Positions 13,497 through 24,432 of a stretch of 64,000 bases of DNA are shown here, one piece after another. The position numbers and the translations under genes were made by a program. The notes beneath the pieces are model-generated. The model was given only the letters and a program-made list of their open reading frames with translations, made no database searches and had not been told where the DNA came from. Origin of the DNA: Monocercomonoides exilis PA203. Taxonomy: Eukaryota > Protista > Preaxostyla. The stretch is from positions 124,001-188,000 of the forward strand of contig LSRY02000036.1 in NCBI GenBank assembly GCA_001643675.2. Reading direction: 5' to 3'. Positions within the stretch are counted from its first letter, which is position 1, and each line of letters begins with the position of its first letter.

Positions 13497-14907
13497 AAAA
13501 GCAGACAGAGAAAGAGAAAAAAGGAAGAGAAAGAGAAAGAAAAAGCAAATGTATATTTATTAATATAAAGTAAAGTTAATAAAGATATATTTTTGTATTC
13601 TTCAATCCTCCACTGTCATCTCTCCAATAAGCACACATCCTTCTCTGTGCCATCCACATCTGCTGCATTTCTGTCGTATTCGGACAGAAAACAAGCTAAA
13701 AACGAAATCAAATCTAACTCCTCCATTCTTTCTCTCAAATCGATTCTCGGCCTCCTGTTAGCTCTTTTTCCATCTCCATATCCTCCTTTTTCTTTCTCTT
13801 CTTTCTCTTCTTTCTCTTTTCCCTCTTCCTCATTCTTCTTCTTCTTCTCCTCCTCCTCCTTCTCCTTCTCCTTCTCCCCTTTCTTCTCCCCTTTCCTCCT
13901 CTTTTGACACTCCTTCCACTTCGCCACACTCAAGTTCTCCACCACACCCATCACATACTGCTCCACCATAGTTAACTCCTTCAGCTTCTGCTTCTTCTGT
14001 TCTGAATTGTCCTCTACGCCATCCACATAAGACAGCTCAGCTGCCGTGCTCATGAAAGCTTGCTTAACCCTCTCCAAAAAGCGCAGCTCCTTCGCATCTG
14101 CTTTTGCCTTTGTACAGTTTTCTTCTGCTTCCTCTTCTCCTTTTCGCTCAGCTTTCTCACCTTCTGCACTTTCTTTCTGTGTGCTCCCTTCATTTTCCCC
14201 GCAAACAGCTGCTTTCAGCTCGATGCGGAGTTCCTCATCTCCACACAGGACTTCAACCAGATCTTCAGCGGTGACTCGGTCGCTTCCAGTGTAATTTGCA
14301 GCAAAGAGAGACACATTGAACATCACAGCCACAATCACCTGCATGTGCATCACTACATAATCCTGCACTCTTCTCCCGTCGAAGTAGTCGGTCATGTCCA
14401 GCAGCTGCTGCAGAGCATCGGAACACACAATTGCCGGCAGAAATTTGCGGAAATGGCACAAGTTGCACATCAGCTTCTCGGCTTCTAGCGCGCACAGCGG
14501 ATGTTCGATTGAAAGGCCTTTGGATATCACACGCAAAATATCAGACGCAGAGAATTCAGGAACTTCGGTGAGATTTGTGCTGACGTGCTTGACTATTTCG
14601 TGAAGCAAAGAATATTGCTCGCCTGAAGAAATATCATTTGACCTACAAAAAAAAAGAAAAAAAATTCATGTTTAAATTGAAAAATTATCAAAAAAATATT
14701 CTTGAAAGCAAAAACAATGTGATGAAGGTCAAACAATAAGCGAGAAATATAATGTTCAACGTCCTGAGCTGGGGTGGATGCATGCTGCGATTTAATCTAA
14801 ATGAAAAATAAATTTTTTGAATGAAGCAATTTTGTTCAAACCGCATTAATAGCAAGAAGATTTGCACAGGCAGAATCTAAACTTGCATTACTCTTTAAGG
14901 GAACCAT
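10162..14907 (-). CDS. Seven-exon ARM/HEAT-like helical protein, ~1192 aa; exons 14907-14842, 14796-14735, 14642-13637, 13372-13132, 12873-12840, 12521-10618, 10427-10162
   Basis: ORFs 13616-14608, 10604-12418 and 10162-10473 join through GT..AG introns with consistent phases; the summed exon length of 3579 nt is divisible by 3. Leu-rich helical repeats such as DIRLRAVQALFALS, SVRRRCAQAFCYL and GLATLETLLADKDTSVLIYTMRALY. The 5' end is uncertain. Confidence 0.68.
12634..12770. repeat. (GAA)n microsatellite, ~45 units, intronic
   Basis: Pure AAG/GAA run inside predicted intron 12839-12522. Confidence 0.95.
13410..13497. repeat. (TAAA)n microsatellite, intronic
   Basis: Pure tetranucleotide run inside predicted intron 13636-13373. 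Confidence 0.95.
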
Positions 14908-15497
14908 TTTCCTATGAAGAGTATATACGATAATTTCTATGTCGTTCTAAAAAAAATGTGTTCACAAAAATGAAAAAATAATAAATTGACAGTTCACGTA
15001 TCATACAATATATGGATGTGAAGGATGTTTTTTCAACACTCTTATGCAGTTTGGGATAATTTTTGTTTGTGCTAAAGTTGTAAAATCTTCCATTTCTATT
15101 GAAAAAAGCGAAAGCTTTTGCAAAATTAGGTGATGCAAAGATTTTGACAACCTTCAATTATCAAGTCTCTAAGTTGTTTTATTCGAATTCCTGATGCATT
15201 GTCTTTTGGATTTATAATATCTATTTCAAACTGCATCCATTGTAATGGCTGAAGAAAAATTATTTCAATGTCATTATAAAAAAACAATTTTCTCATCATA
15301 CAGAAATCCCGTACTGATGTTTCCCAGAGGGCTTTATATTTGCATCTTTAACCATCTAATTACACTCAAATTTCTCAAAAGATAAAAATGTTTAAAAAAA
15401 GTTGAAGGGTTTTGATCAAAAAAGGATTATTTCCTTCAAAAAACAAAATTGAAAAATCAATTAAATAAAATTAAAAGTCAAAATAAAACACTAATAA

Positions 15498-17789
15498 TTA
15501 ATAAAATGGAGAAGGTTGACGTTTTTGAGCTTGAACGTTACTTTGCCTTGAAGTTGAAGAATGTAGTGTTGAAGAGTTTGCCAACCTAGAAGACATTGGG
15601 GAAGACTCATAAAAGGATGAAGGGGAATCGAGAGAAATGGTGACGTGAGGAACTGCCGAGGGCTGTTTCTGGGGCAGTTTGTATCTCCGCCGCTTGAGTA
15701 TGTGTGGCTGAGGAGAGAAGTCAAGGGTGATGTGGATTGGCGATGGAGGCGGTGAAATGTCTGAAGGCTCATCAGCTTCAGAGGGCAAAGGAGCTGTCTG
15801 TGAAGGCAGTGATGCTTGCTTATACTCTACTGGCACTGGCTGCTGATCTCTTTGCTGAAGCAGCTCATGGTCGGCTTCATTGGAATGGAGAATTGCATGT
15901 TCTATAAAAGAAGCAGGAAGAGCTTGAGAAGTTGAAGAAGATGAAGAGGATGAAGAAGAAGAAAAAGATGATGATATTGGAGCATTTTGTTTTTCTTTGA
16001 AATCTCTTTCACTGACTCCAATCTCCTTTGAATTACTTGGCTGTGGATGCAATTCATTCTTAGCTGTTTGAGTGTTGCTTTTCTTTGTCTTAGACGAATG
16101 CTCTGAGTGTTTTCGATGCTTTGGATGCTTCTCCTTACTGCTTCTTTTGTGTCTCGTTTTTTCTGCTTTTTTCGATGATTTTTTGTTGCTATCTGCATCT
16201 TTCGTATCTTCTGCATCAGCTGGATCAACTGCGTCCGCTGCCTCAGAAGCATCTTTCGCTTCTGTCTGCTCAGCAGCTTCCACAACTCCATGTTTAGCAT
16301 CTCCCCTTTTCTTTCCCTTTGTCTCATTTTCATCAAGCAACTTGTCTTTTACACGCTCACACTCACAACCATCTTCATTATCCATTTCTTTCTTTCCTTC
16401 TATCGGCTTTTGCTCTTTTTCTGTGATTGTGGTAGCAGATGTTGAATACGATTCCTCTTGCACCAAAGGAACGGGCACAGATTCAATCTCTTCATTTTCC
16501 TGCCCATCGCATTGAACATTCAATGGTGTTGGTCTTTCAACATCTCCTTCTTCTCCTCCCTTTTCTTCTCCCCTTTCTTCTCCCCTTTCTTCTCCTCCTT
16601 CTTCTCCTTCTCCTTTCCTTTCTCCCTTTTCATTGCAAGCATCATTCCGTGTTGATGCAGTTATATCCTGCATAATTTCTCCCTCTATTTTGCTTTCATT
16701 TTTGACTTTTGCGTTCAGATCTTTCATCTTCGCCTGCTCCAAAGTGCTTGTAATTTCAAACTTTCTCAGAATCGACTGCAGAGAAGCCGACCAATCAATC
16801 CGCTCCTCAGCAGGCTTTTCTGAGTCCATAGCAAGCGAGGCGTAAAAGTCAGATTGCTCTTCTTCCGGAGAATTGAGGCCGGTGAAAGATAACTGAGATG
16901 TTGCAAGAAAGCTTGGCACTTCACTGGAATGGGAATAAGACAGACTCGAACCTGATGTCTGCTGCTTTGAAGAGGACCCAAATGTGCTTGAATACAAGCT
17001 TTGATGAGACGATACTGTTGATAGAAGAAATGACGAATTGTCGTCTGCGCAGCGATGAAACTCACTTGTCAAATCAGAATCACATTTTGGATTTGAAATT
17101 AAATTCGAAGAGTTTACCAGAGAAGAACTTGGATGATCCGTTTGAATCTTTTCTGGAACTTGCAAAGAGTTAAATTGTTTGTTGTAACAGCATGATGAAG
17201 GCTCATTTGAAATATTCGCTTGAAATTTTCTTGCTGGTGGATGTGAAAAATCATTAATGTACATTGAACCTGCGCCAAATTGATTATGCAACGAAGAAGA
17301 TGTTGCTTTAGGCATAGAATCTGACATATAATTTACGTTACTTTGTTTTGGTCTGCGTGCGGCAGCAGGAGAAATTTCTTCAAGAAGTTTAAGGGTGTGA
17401 GATTGAGAATGAAGACGAAATGGATCTAATTCTTGATGCAAAGCTTTTGAGATAGATGCCGCAAACTCTGAAGAACTTGATTTTGACAGATATTCATTTG
17501 ATGTATGGAATGCAGTTGTTGATGCAGCCATTCGAATATGTGCATCATCAACTAATGTTTGTTTCTTTTCTTCCTTCCAACGATTGAATCTATCTGAATT
17601 TGCATGTTGCTGTTCCAACTTTTTCATTCGTTCTTTTTCAGCATCGTGAACTTGTAGTTTTCTTTGAAGAGAGTTCGAAAAAAACATATCAAATTTATTA
17701 GATGGATTTGCATAAAGAGTCGGCTGTTGCAATTTGCCCTGATTGCAAAAAGGTGGAGAAGGAGAACTTTCACATATTGGCAAATTCAT
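15498..17789 (-). CDS. Hypothetical, largely disordered Ser/Glu/Lys-rich protein (763 aa)
   Basis: Long uninterrupted ATG ORF with a short N-terminal coiled coil; no recognisable domain. Confidence 0.7.
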   Translation of the reverse strand: MNLPICESSPSPPFCNQGKLQQPTLYANPSNKFDMFFSNSLQRKLQVHDAEKERMKKLEQQHANSDRFNRWKEEKKQTLVDDAHIRMAASTTAFHTSNEYLSKSSSSEFAASISKALHQELDPFRLHSQSHTLKLLEEISPAAARRPKQSNVNYMSDSMPKATSSSLHNQFGAGSMYINDFSHPPARKFQANISNEPSSCCYNKQFNSLQVPEKIQTDHPSSSLVNSSNLISNPKCDSDLTSEFHRCADDNSSFLLSTVSSHQSLYSSTFGSSSKQQTSGSSLSYSHSSEVPSFLATSQLSFTGLNSPEEEQSDFYASLAMDSEKPAEERIDWSASLQSILRKFEITSTLEQAKMKDLNAKVKNESKIEGEIMQDITASTRNDACNEKGERKGEGEEGGEERGEERGEEKGGEEGDVERPTPLNVQCDGQENEEIESVPVPLVQEESYSTSATTITEKEQKPIEGKKEMDNEDGCECERVKDKLLDENETKGKKRGDAKHGVVEAAEQTEAKDASEAADAVDPADAEDTKDADSNKKSSKKAEKTRHKRSSKEKHPKHRKHSEHSSKTKKSNTQTAKNELHPQPSNSKEIGVSERDFKEKQNAPISSSFSSSSSSSSSSTSQALPASFIEHAILHSNEADHELLQQRDQQPVPVEYKQASLPSQTAPLPSEADEPSDISPPPSPIHITLDFSPQPHILKRRRYKLPQKQPSAVPHVTISLDSPSSFYESSPMSSRLANSSTLHSSTSRQSNVQAQKRQPSPFY

Positions 17790-17893
17790 GATGGTCGTAC
17801 TCCCTCAAGAAACGTAAATAACAGATATACAAAGAGAAAAAAATTGGATCAAATTTTAATATGGCCAAGTGATCATTACAAATCAATTCATAA

Positions 17894-19099
17894 ATGATAT
17901 CTGATGGAGAAAAGAAACTCAAAACCAATGAAATCTTGCTCAACGAAATAATAAAAGATTATAACCAGAAGAATATTTCTGGTGCCATTGAAAAATTGAA
18001 AAAAAATGAATATAACACTGATTTTTCATCTTCAGATGATTCTACTGATGTTTTGCTTAAATCTATCCTAATCTACCTTTTGAATAAGTTATCAGTACAA
18101 CACGCTCATCTTTACGATGATGATAAGCCATTTCAGTTGTTTATTCAGGGGTTTGATTTCACAATTGGCAAATATTATTTTCATCTGCTTTGAAAATTTA
18201 TAAACTTAAATGAAGGGGAGGAAACGTTCTTTTGTATGAAAATGTTATCTCTTTCATTGCATCAAAATGGAAACAAATGATAAATGGTTTTTTTGGCTTA
18301 ATTGCTTATTCACTAATTTAAATACTGTTTTTAAAAATTAGATTTCCCTGAAGATCAACTTTCAGTTGCTGATATTGGAACAGGGTCAGGCGAGGTTATA
18401 TTTCCTGCGATCGAAAAAGTTGGATGCCCAATTGAAATAACTACAGTTGAGCCATCTTTGGCATTTCATTCAAAACTCGTTTCAACGTTTGAGCAATTGA
18501 AGTCTCAATCAAAGATTGCTGATGTTCATTGCTTCAACAATAAGGCGCAGAATCTTTGGGAAGAAAAGTCATTGCTCAAAGATATATCAGAAAAGAAATT
18601 TGATATTATACAAGCTACTTTTTCGATACAGAATTTATCGAAAGCTGAAGATAGGAAATCATTTTTCCTTTGGGCCAAACAGCATCTGAACACGAAAGCG
18701 CAACTGTCTTTGTCTTCTGCATCACCTTCTGCTCCTCAAAAAACAGGCCAGCTGATTGTGATCGAATTCGATGTTCCAGAAAGCGGCTCAAATCAGCTCC
18801 CTCTTTGCAGAAGTGATAGAGTGAACTTTTTCAGAGAGGCATACGAAAAAGGAATTGGAGAATACAGAAACACGCCTGCATTCATGCCTGTAACTCAAGG
18901 ATTCCTCATACCTGTCCTTTTATCCAAATTTGATGAGGACATTTTAAAGGACAGCATTGAAACGGAAAGTACTTCTATTGAGCAGTCAAAAGAAAAATGG
19001 GCACAAGAAATGAGAGAAGCAGGATTTTCACGTGTGGAAACTTGCTATCTTGCTCCGTTTTGGTGGTCGAACTGTGTTGCGATTATTGGAACTGTTTGA
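17894..19099 (+). CDS. Class I SAM-dependent methyltransferase, 361 aa; exons 17894-18150, 18216-18286, 18342-19099
   Basis: The spliced product has motif I VADIGTGSG, post-I TTVEPS, motif II KFDIIQATFSI, motif III GQLIVIEFD and terminal EMREAGFSRVE. Both introns are GT-AG and frame-consistent (1086 nt total). Confidence 0.85.
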
Positions 19100-19412
19100 T
19101 TTTGTTAAATAAAAAGAGATTTTTTTGTTTGCGGAATATTTTTTTCTAAATTGCAATTTGAACATTTATATTCACCAAACTTTCTTCGCTTTTTATTTTT
19201 AAATTCAAAGTCATCAAAAGAATAAAGAAGAATAAATAGCTAACTTTTTGAATGAATAAAGAGTAGTTTGCATGTTTGTTTTCGAATATAAAAAAAGATC
19301 ATCTGTATGAAAAGTTATTTTACAGTTGAATGTGAAAGTTATGAACGTGAATTGCAAAAACTCATCTCTCCAAAAATATGATAAAATAAAAAAACAATAG
19401 ATATGGTTCAAA

Positions 19413-20045
19413 TTAACTGGTAGGTGCTCCAACAGTGCACTTGTCTGAAAAAAAAAATTAAATGTAAGAATTCGTTTTAAATTTCTTTGTAAAAAATAAA
19501 AATCAACAAACTTGATGATCCTTTGGTTGCAAGAATAAGTCCAACGATGACACCATACAATGCAAGAGCTTCTCCGAAAATAAGAATCAAAAGCATCCCA
19601 ACAAACAATTTTGGCTGTCTTGCATTTGCTCTAACTCCTGCATCACCAACAATACCGATGGTGATCCCAGCAGCAAGAGAACTGAACCCAACGCAAAGCC
19701 CTCCAGCAAGATGAGCAAATGAGTTGTAAAGAGGGTACTCGTTTGTAATACCCATTCCAATAATAATTGCCACAATCAAACCGTAAATACCAAGAATACC
19801 TTTCAAAAAGAAATCGTGAAATACGAGAAAAGTATCTTTATAAAACGTATACCTGCCATAATTGTTGGAATTGTTGATTTGACGATGAGCTGAGGATGCA
19901 TAACGCCCATCACGCAAACACCAACACCAGCTTTAGCTGTACCATAGCACGATCCGAAGTTTGCAAAAATTAATGAAGAAGCAGCTCCCATAAATCCAAA
20001 GAATGTGGTCCAAGATGGGCAAATTTCTGAAACAACAATACTCAT
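19413..20045 (-). CDS. VMA3: V-type H+-ATPase 16 kDa proteolipid subunit c; exons 20045-19853, 19799-19512, 19444-19413
   Basis: [35 protein letters not shown]|[45 protein letters not shown] (essential Glu present). Introns of 53 and 67 nt. Confidence 0.96.
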
Positions 20046-20302
20046 TGATAATCTAAAAGAATCTGTTGATCAAATCCCAAATGTCGATAATTTTCTGAAA
20101 AATTTCTTGAAAATTTATTTTTTATCCAAGAATAGTGAAAAAAATAAAAAAATGTCTCAATTGATCGATTCAAATTCGATTTGTGAAAAAAACTTTTCAT
20201 TTAAAACATTATTCTGAATCTCAAACAAAAACACAAAATCAAATTCTTATAAAAATTGTTTAGGTTAAAAGATCAGTGAGAAATTTTTGAAGATCTGGAT
20301 TT

Positions 20303-21710
20303 ATGAGCAGTTATGTTGATGAAATCAATAGTTTACAATTTGCATTTTATACGATTGACTTGTTTTAAATTTTTGTGAGCTCTTATCTCAAGAATTCAAA
20401 TGCAGGATGTTCATTTATCCACAATAAGCACGGAAATTCTTGGGTTGATTTCAACGAAACACACATTTTATTCGCTGAAAGAGTTAATTTCTTCAGTGTT
20501 TTGTTTGAATGTTCGTGAGCTGTTGCAATCACAAAACGAAAATAGTCTTCAATATCATTTGTATGAATTAATTCGGCAATTTTCTTTTAGAGGTTCGGCA
20601 AATGAATTGGAGAAGGATGAAAATGAATTGCATGATGAAGGATTACAGTTAGAGATGAATTTTATATTAGTGAAAAAAATCATGCAGCCTCGAACAAATG
20701 GAAATGCAATTTATCATTCAGCAATGACTGCATTCCTCGCGTTACACAAGCACAGAAAAATAAATGAACTTCCCATTTCATTTGTTCAAGATTTTATGAG
20801 CTTGGTTTTGAAGCATCCATTGGACGGAAAGAATGATTTAGTTAAAGTTGAGCAATCTTTGTTTTCTTTATGGTGCACTCTTAGAATGAACGTGAATGAA
20901 ATTGAAGGAGCAAAATGGCATAAAGAAATTGAATTATATGCATCAAAGATGAAAAAGAAGCATAATATTGCAGACGACTGTTTATTAATAACAGTTGAGA
21001 TGCTAATTTTATTGTTGTCCATTGATTCAAGCTCAACAAGCATAATTACTATCTTTGAAAAATACGAATGCCCACAAGTATTTGCTCGAGCATTAGCCAT
21101 TCTTAGAGAAAAGATAGAAACTTTTTCTGACATTTTGCCAGATGAGAAGAGCATTGAAACCTTCGATGAAGCGACCATTCATCAACTATTTAGAGATATG
21201 ACCGAATTACAGCTTCTGACGCAACTCAGATTTATGATAATACGTGGATTGATGGAGATAACGTGGTACTTGACTGTTGTTCGATCAAAGACGATATCAG
21301 AGATGCAACTGCTTAGAGAGATTGTGAAATGTGGTTGTGGAGGCAGTATGCTTGATTTGACAACATCAGACTCAATGAGTGTCTTGCTTTTAGGCCGTTG
21401 GATTAAAGATGTACAGTGGAAAGAGTTTCGATTGCTTCAGGATGCGGGAGCTGTCGAGTGTGCGGCCATACGTCTGCACAAGAACAGGCTATACAAATAT
21501 GCCGAAGAATTGTATTGGACTCTTCCAATAATTGAAAACGTAATTGACAGATCCAAAAACCTAAGCAAAACTCATGCCGTGCGAAGACAAGTGCGAGATT
21601 GCTTGGAAGAGGAGGGAACTGGTGATATTCTTGACGCTCATAAATATTGCATCCTTTTTGAAGTTGCTAATAAGGTTCAAAAATTGCACATAAAATTGCA
21701 ACTGTTCTAA
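20303..21710 (+). CDS. Hypothetical helical-repeat protein, distant relative of the EEEGYED family; short first exon 20303-20330 spliced to ORF 20400-21710
   Basis: 436-aa ORF ending in LLQDAGAVE...CLEEEGTGD, echoing the family's LLKGGVVD...MEEEGYED. An upstream ATG exon joins in frame via GTTTAC..GAG. Confidence 0.65.
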
Positions 21711-22329
21711 TTATTTGTTCAATTTATTTTGGAAAAAACATGAATGTTGTTTATTTATTTTTCTTTAACAAAATCTGAAGATAAAGCCAAAACTGAAATG
21801 AAAAAGTGTTCGTAAACCTGACCCAAAAATGATTTTAAAAAAGATACAGCTTGTCCTTATAAATACAATTTTAAAAAAAAAATAGATATTAAATGAAAGA
21901 TTCAGGAAGAATTGAAATTTCTTAAGAAATAATTAGCGTTATTTTCATTCATCGTAAATATCAAAAATTTAAAAACAAAATTAAGAACATTTTCAAATAC
22001 CTTTGAAACTTGGGCTTAGCCGGGAGAATAGAAAATTCATTGGGCTGCAAAAGGAAAAGACAAACATATTTCAATCAACGCTTCAATTTGAATCAATTTT
22101 ACAGTGCTTCAATAGGATGAATCATTTATCGGAACACTTTTAATTAATTGAGACCTGGTTTTTCTGGCTCACAAGAGCACATTCAAAAATAAAAACAAAT
22201 TAAAATTGGAAAGTTTCTGCATATATATATATATATTAAGTACTCTTTTGACCAGAAAATTAAGGAATCAATTTATTTAAAGAGATCCTATTAATTCCTT
22301 TCACTATATCTTATTCTATTCATATCCAT

Positions 22330-23540
22330 TATTCATCCTTTCTTGTCTGCAATTTTATGGATATTCCTCATCCATTCAGGTGGCTCTGTTTTGATGCTTG
22401 TGATCAATATCACACCATTGTCCACGTTTCTCACTGCAAGTGTTATAGGTGAGTATTTTTATTGGCACCAGTTTTTTTATTGGCACCAAAAATTATTTTC
22501 ATTATCTTTATTTCATTAAAGCTCATAAATCTGTTTCATAACTTAAGAACAATAAACAAATAAAAATTAAGCTGTACGCCAAATATTTTTTTTAAAAACT
22601 TTCTCATAAAAACGATCTAATAATTTTTAACTTTTATATTTCGATCAATGTTTTGCTCGTATTTTCTTGACTGATTGCTGTTGCGAGTTTTTATCACGGA
22701 ATTCGCAAAAACAACTGTATTTTCAGTATTTGTTACTTATTCGTTATATTTTGAACCATTTATTTAAGTATATTTTTGCATTTCACCACTTTTGTTTAAA
22801 CATGCAAAATCAAGTGAATGTGTATGTTTTGTAAAAAAATGTCTAAGGAAATTGATAAAATAATCTTTATTGTTCATTGTACATGTTTTAAAAATTAACT
22901 TTAATTCAAAATTAAAAAGAAATCAAAGGATCATGTTTTTTAAAGAATTGCATTTATTTAAGCAACGACAAATTGGCAATTATCAAATGTCAAGAACTTT
23001 GTTCTAAATACACCTTTTATATATTTTCAATTTCATGTAAGTTAATAAAACAAACACATTCACTTGATTTTGCATGTTTAAACAAAAGTGGTGAAATGCA
23101 AAAATACACTTAAATAAATAGTTCAAAATATAACGAATAAGTAACAAATACTGAAAATACAGTTGTTTTTGCGAATTCCGTGATAAAAACTCGCAACAGC
23201 AATCAGTCAAGAAAATACGAGCAAAACATTGATCGAAATATAAAAGTTAAAAATTATTAGATCGTTTTTATGAGAAAGTTTTTAAAAAAAATATTTGGCG
23301 TACAGCTTAATTTTTATTTGTTTATTGTTCTTAAGTTATGAAACAGATTTATGAGCTTTAATGAAATAAAGATAATGAAAATAATTTTTGGTGCCAATAA
23401 AAAAACTGGTGCCAATAAAAATACTCACCTATCATGTCTCATCAATTGCGGAGGTTCATTTTTAAACCAGAAAATTGACTTCATGGATATTGTCCTCTTT
23501 TTCGATAAAAATATGTGCATCAGCTTTTCCCTCTTGACAC
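22330..23540 (-). pseudogene. Decayed paralogue of the 30-aa WMRHD-repeat gene, interrupted by the foldback element
   Basis: The minus strand reads ..WFKNEPPQLMRHD immediately right of the element and ..IKTEPPEWMRNIHK to its left. Excising the element gives CAAGTGTTATATCATGTCTCATC, close to CAAGCGTTGTATCATGTCTCATC at 34480-34503. Confidence 0.8.
22448..23429. mobile_element. Non-autonomous foldback/MITE-type DNA transposon (Tc1/mariner-pogo class), 383-bp inverted arms, 216-bp spacer, TA target duplication
   Basis: 22448-22830 is the reverse complement of 23047-23429 with about 3 mismatches. TA flanks both ends (22446-47, 23430-31). Each end has two direct repeats of TTTTTATTGGCACCA. No coding capacity. 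Confidence 0.92.
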
Positions 23541-24432
23541 AGGTAGCGTTATCTTCATATTTCATTGGAATATTTAAGCTGTGTAAAACTTCTCTTTGTA
23601 TATTTTTTACCCCTCTTTCTTTGACTTTGTTTTCAGCATAAACTGATCCTAGTTGTCAAACATCTTTCATTTTTTCGTTCCAATGAGTCTATTTCACCTG
23701 TAACTTTCTATCAGCGGTCTTTTTCAGTTCCATTGTTGACAAAGCAGTTTTCTTCCAATTAAAACTGTTTCATTTCCATCATATTGATTCATTAAGAATT
23801 CAACGTTCTCAAATGTGCTTGTCCGCAAATTACAGTTCTCCTGTTTGGTGTTCTTTTCGAAGAAGTTCACTCGATAAGTTCGTTTTATATTTCTTATTAT
23901 CGGATTTTTGTTGCTTTTGCCAGCAAGAGCTGCACATTCTTTTTTTCTTCTACGTTCAACTCTAGAGATTTGTTCAAAAAATGCAAATCTCCAAACATTT
24001 TGTTCTCCCACAGAAATGGATGAATCATCTTTAACGAAAGAATCATTCTTTTCAAAAAAAAAGAACTGATTCATCCTTTTTCACGAACCAGAAACTATTT
24101 TCATCTAAAAAAATGATATTACTCTAAAATACAGTTTGAAAAATCGATTATTGCTTCCTCAGTATTTTTCTCACAAATTGCATCAAAGACTTGAAATTTA
24201 AATAATAGGATTGATCACTTTTATTGAAAAAAAGAGTCGCTTAATTTCTGAAGCAAAGGAACAGAGACAGCTCACGCAAGTTTTTCCATTTAAAACAAAA
24301 AATATTAACCAAGAAAATCTATTTGATTTGAAATTATGGACCCAAAGCTTGTTTGAAAAACAAATATGTTTGAATTAATCAATTATCTTATTCGTGAAAT
24401 TGGTGAAATTTTTTGAATGCCCAGATTATCTG

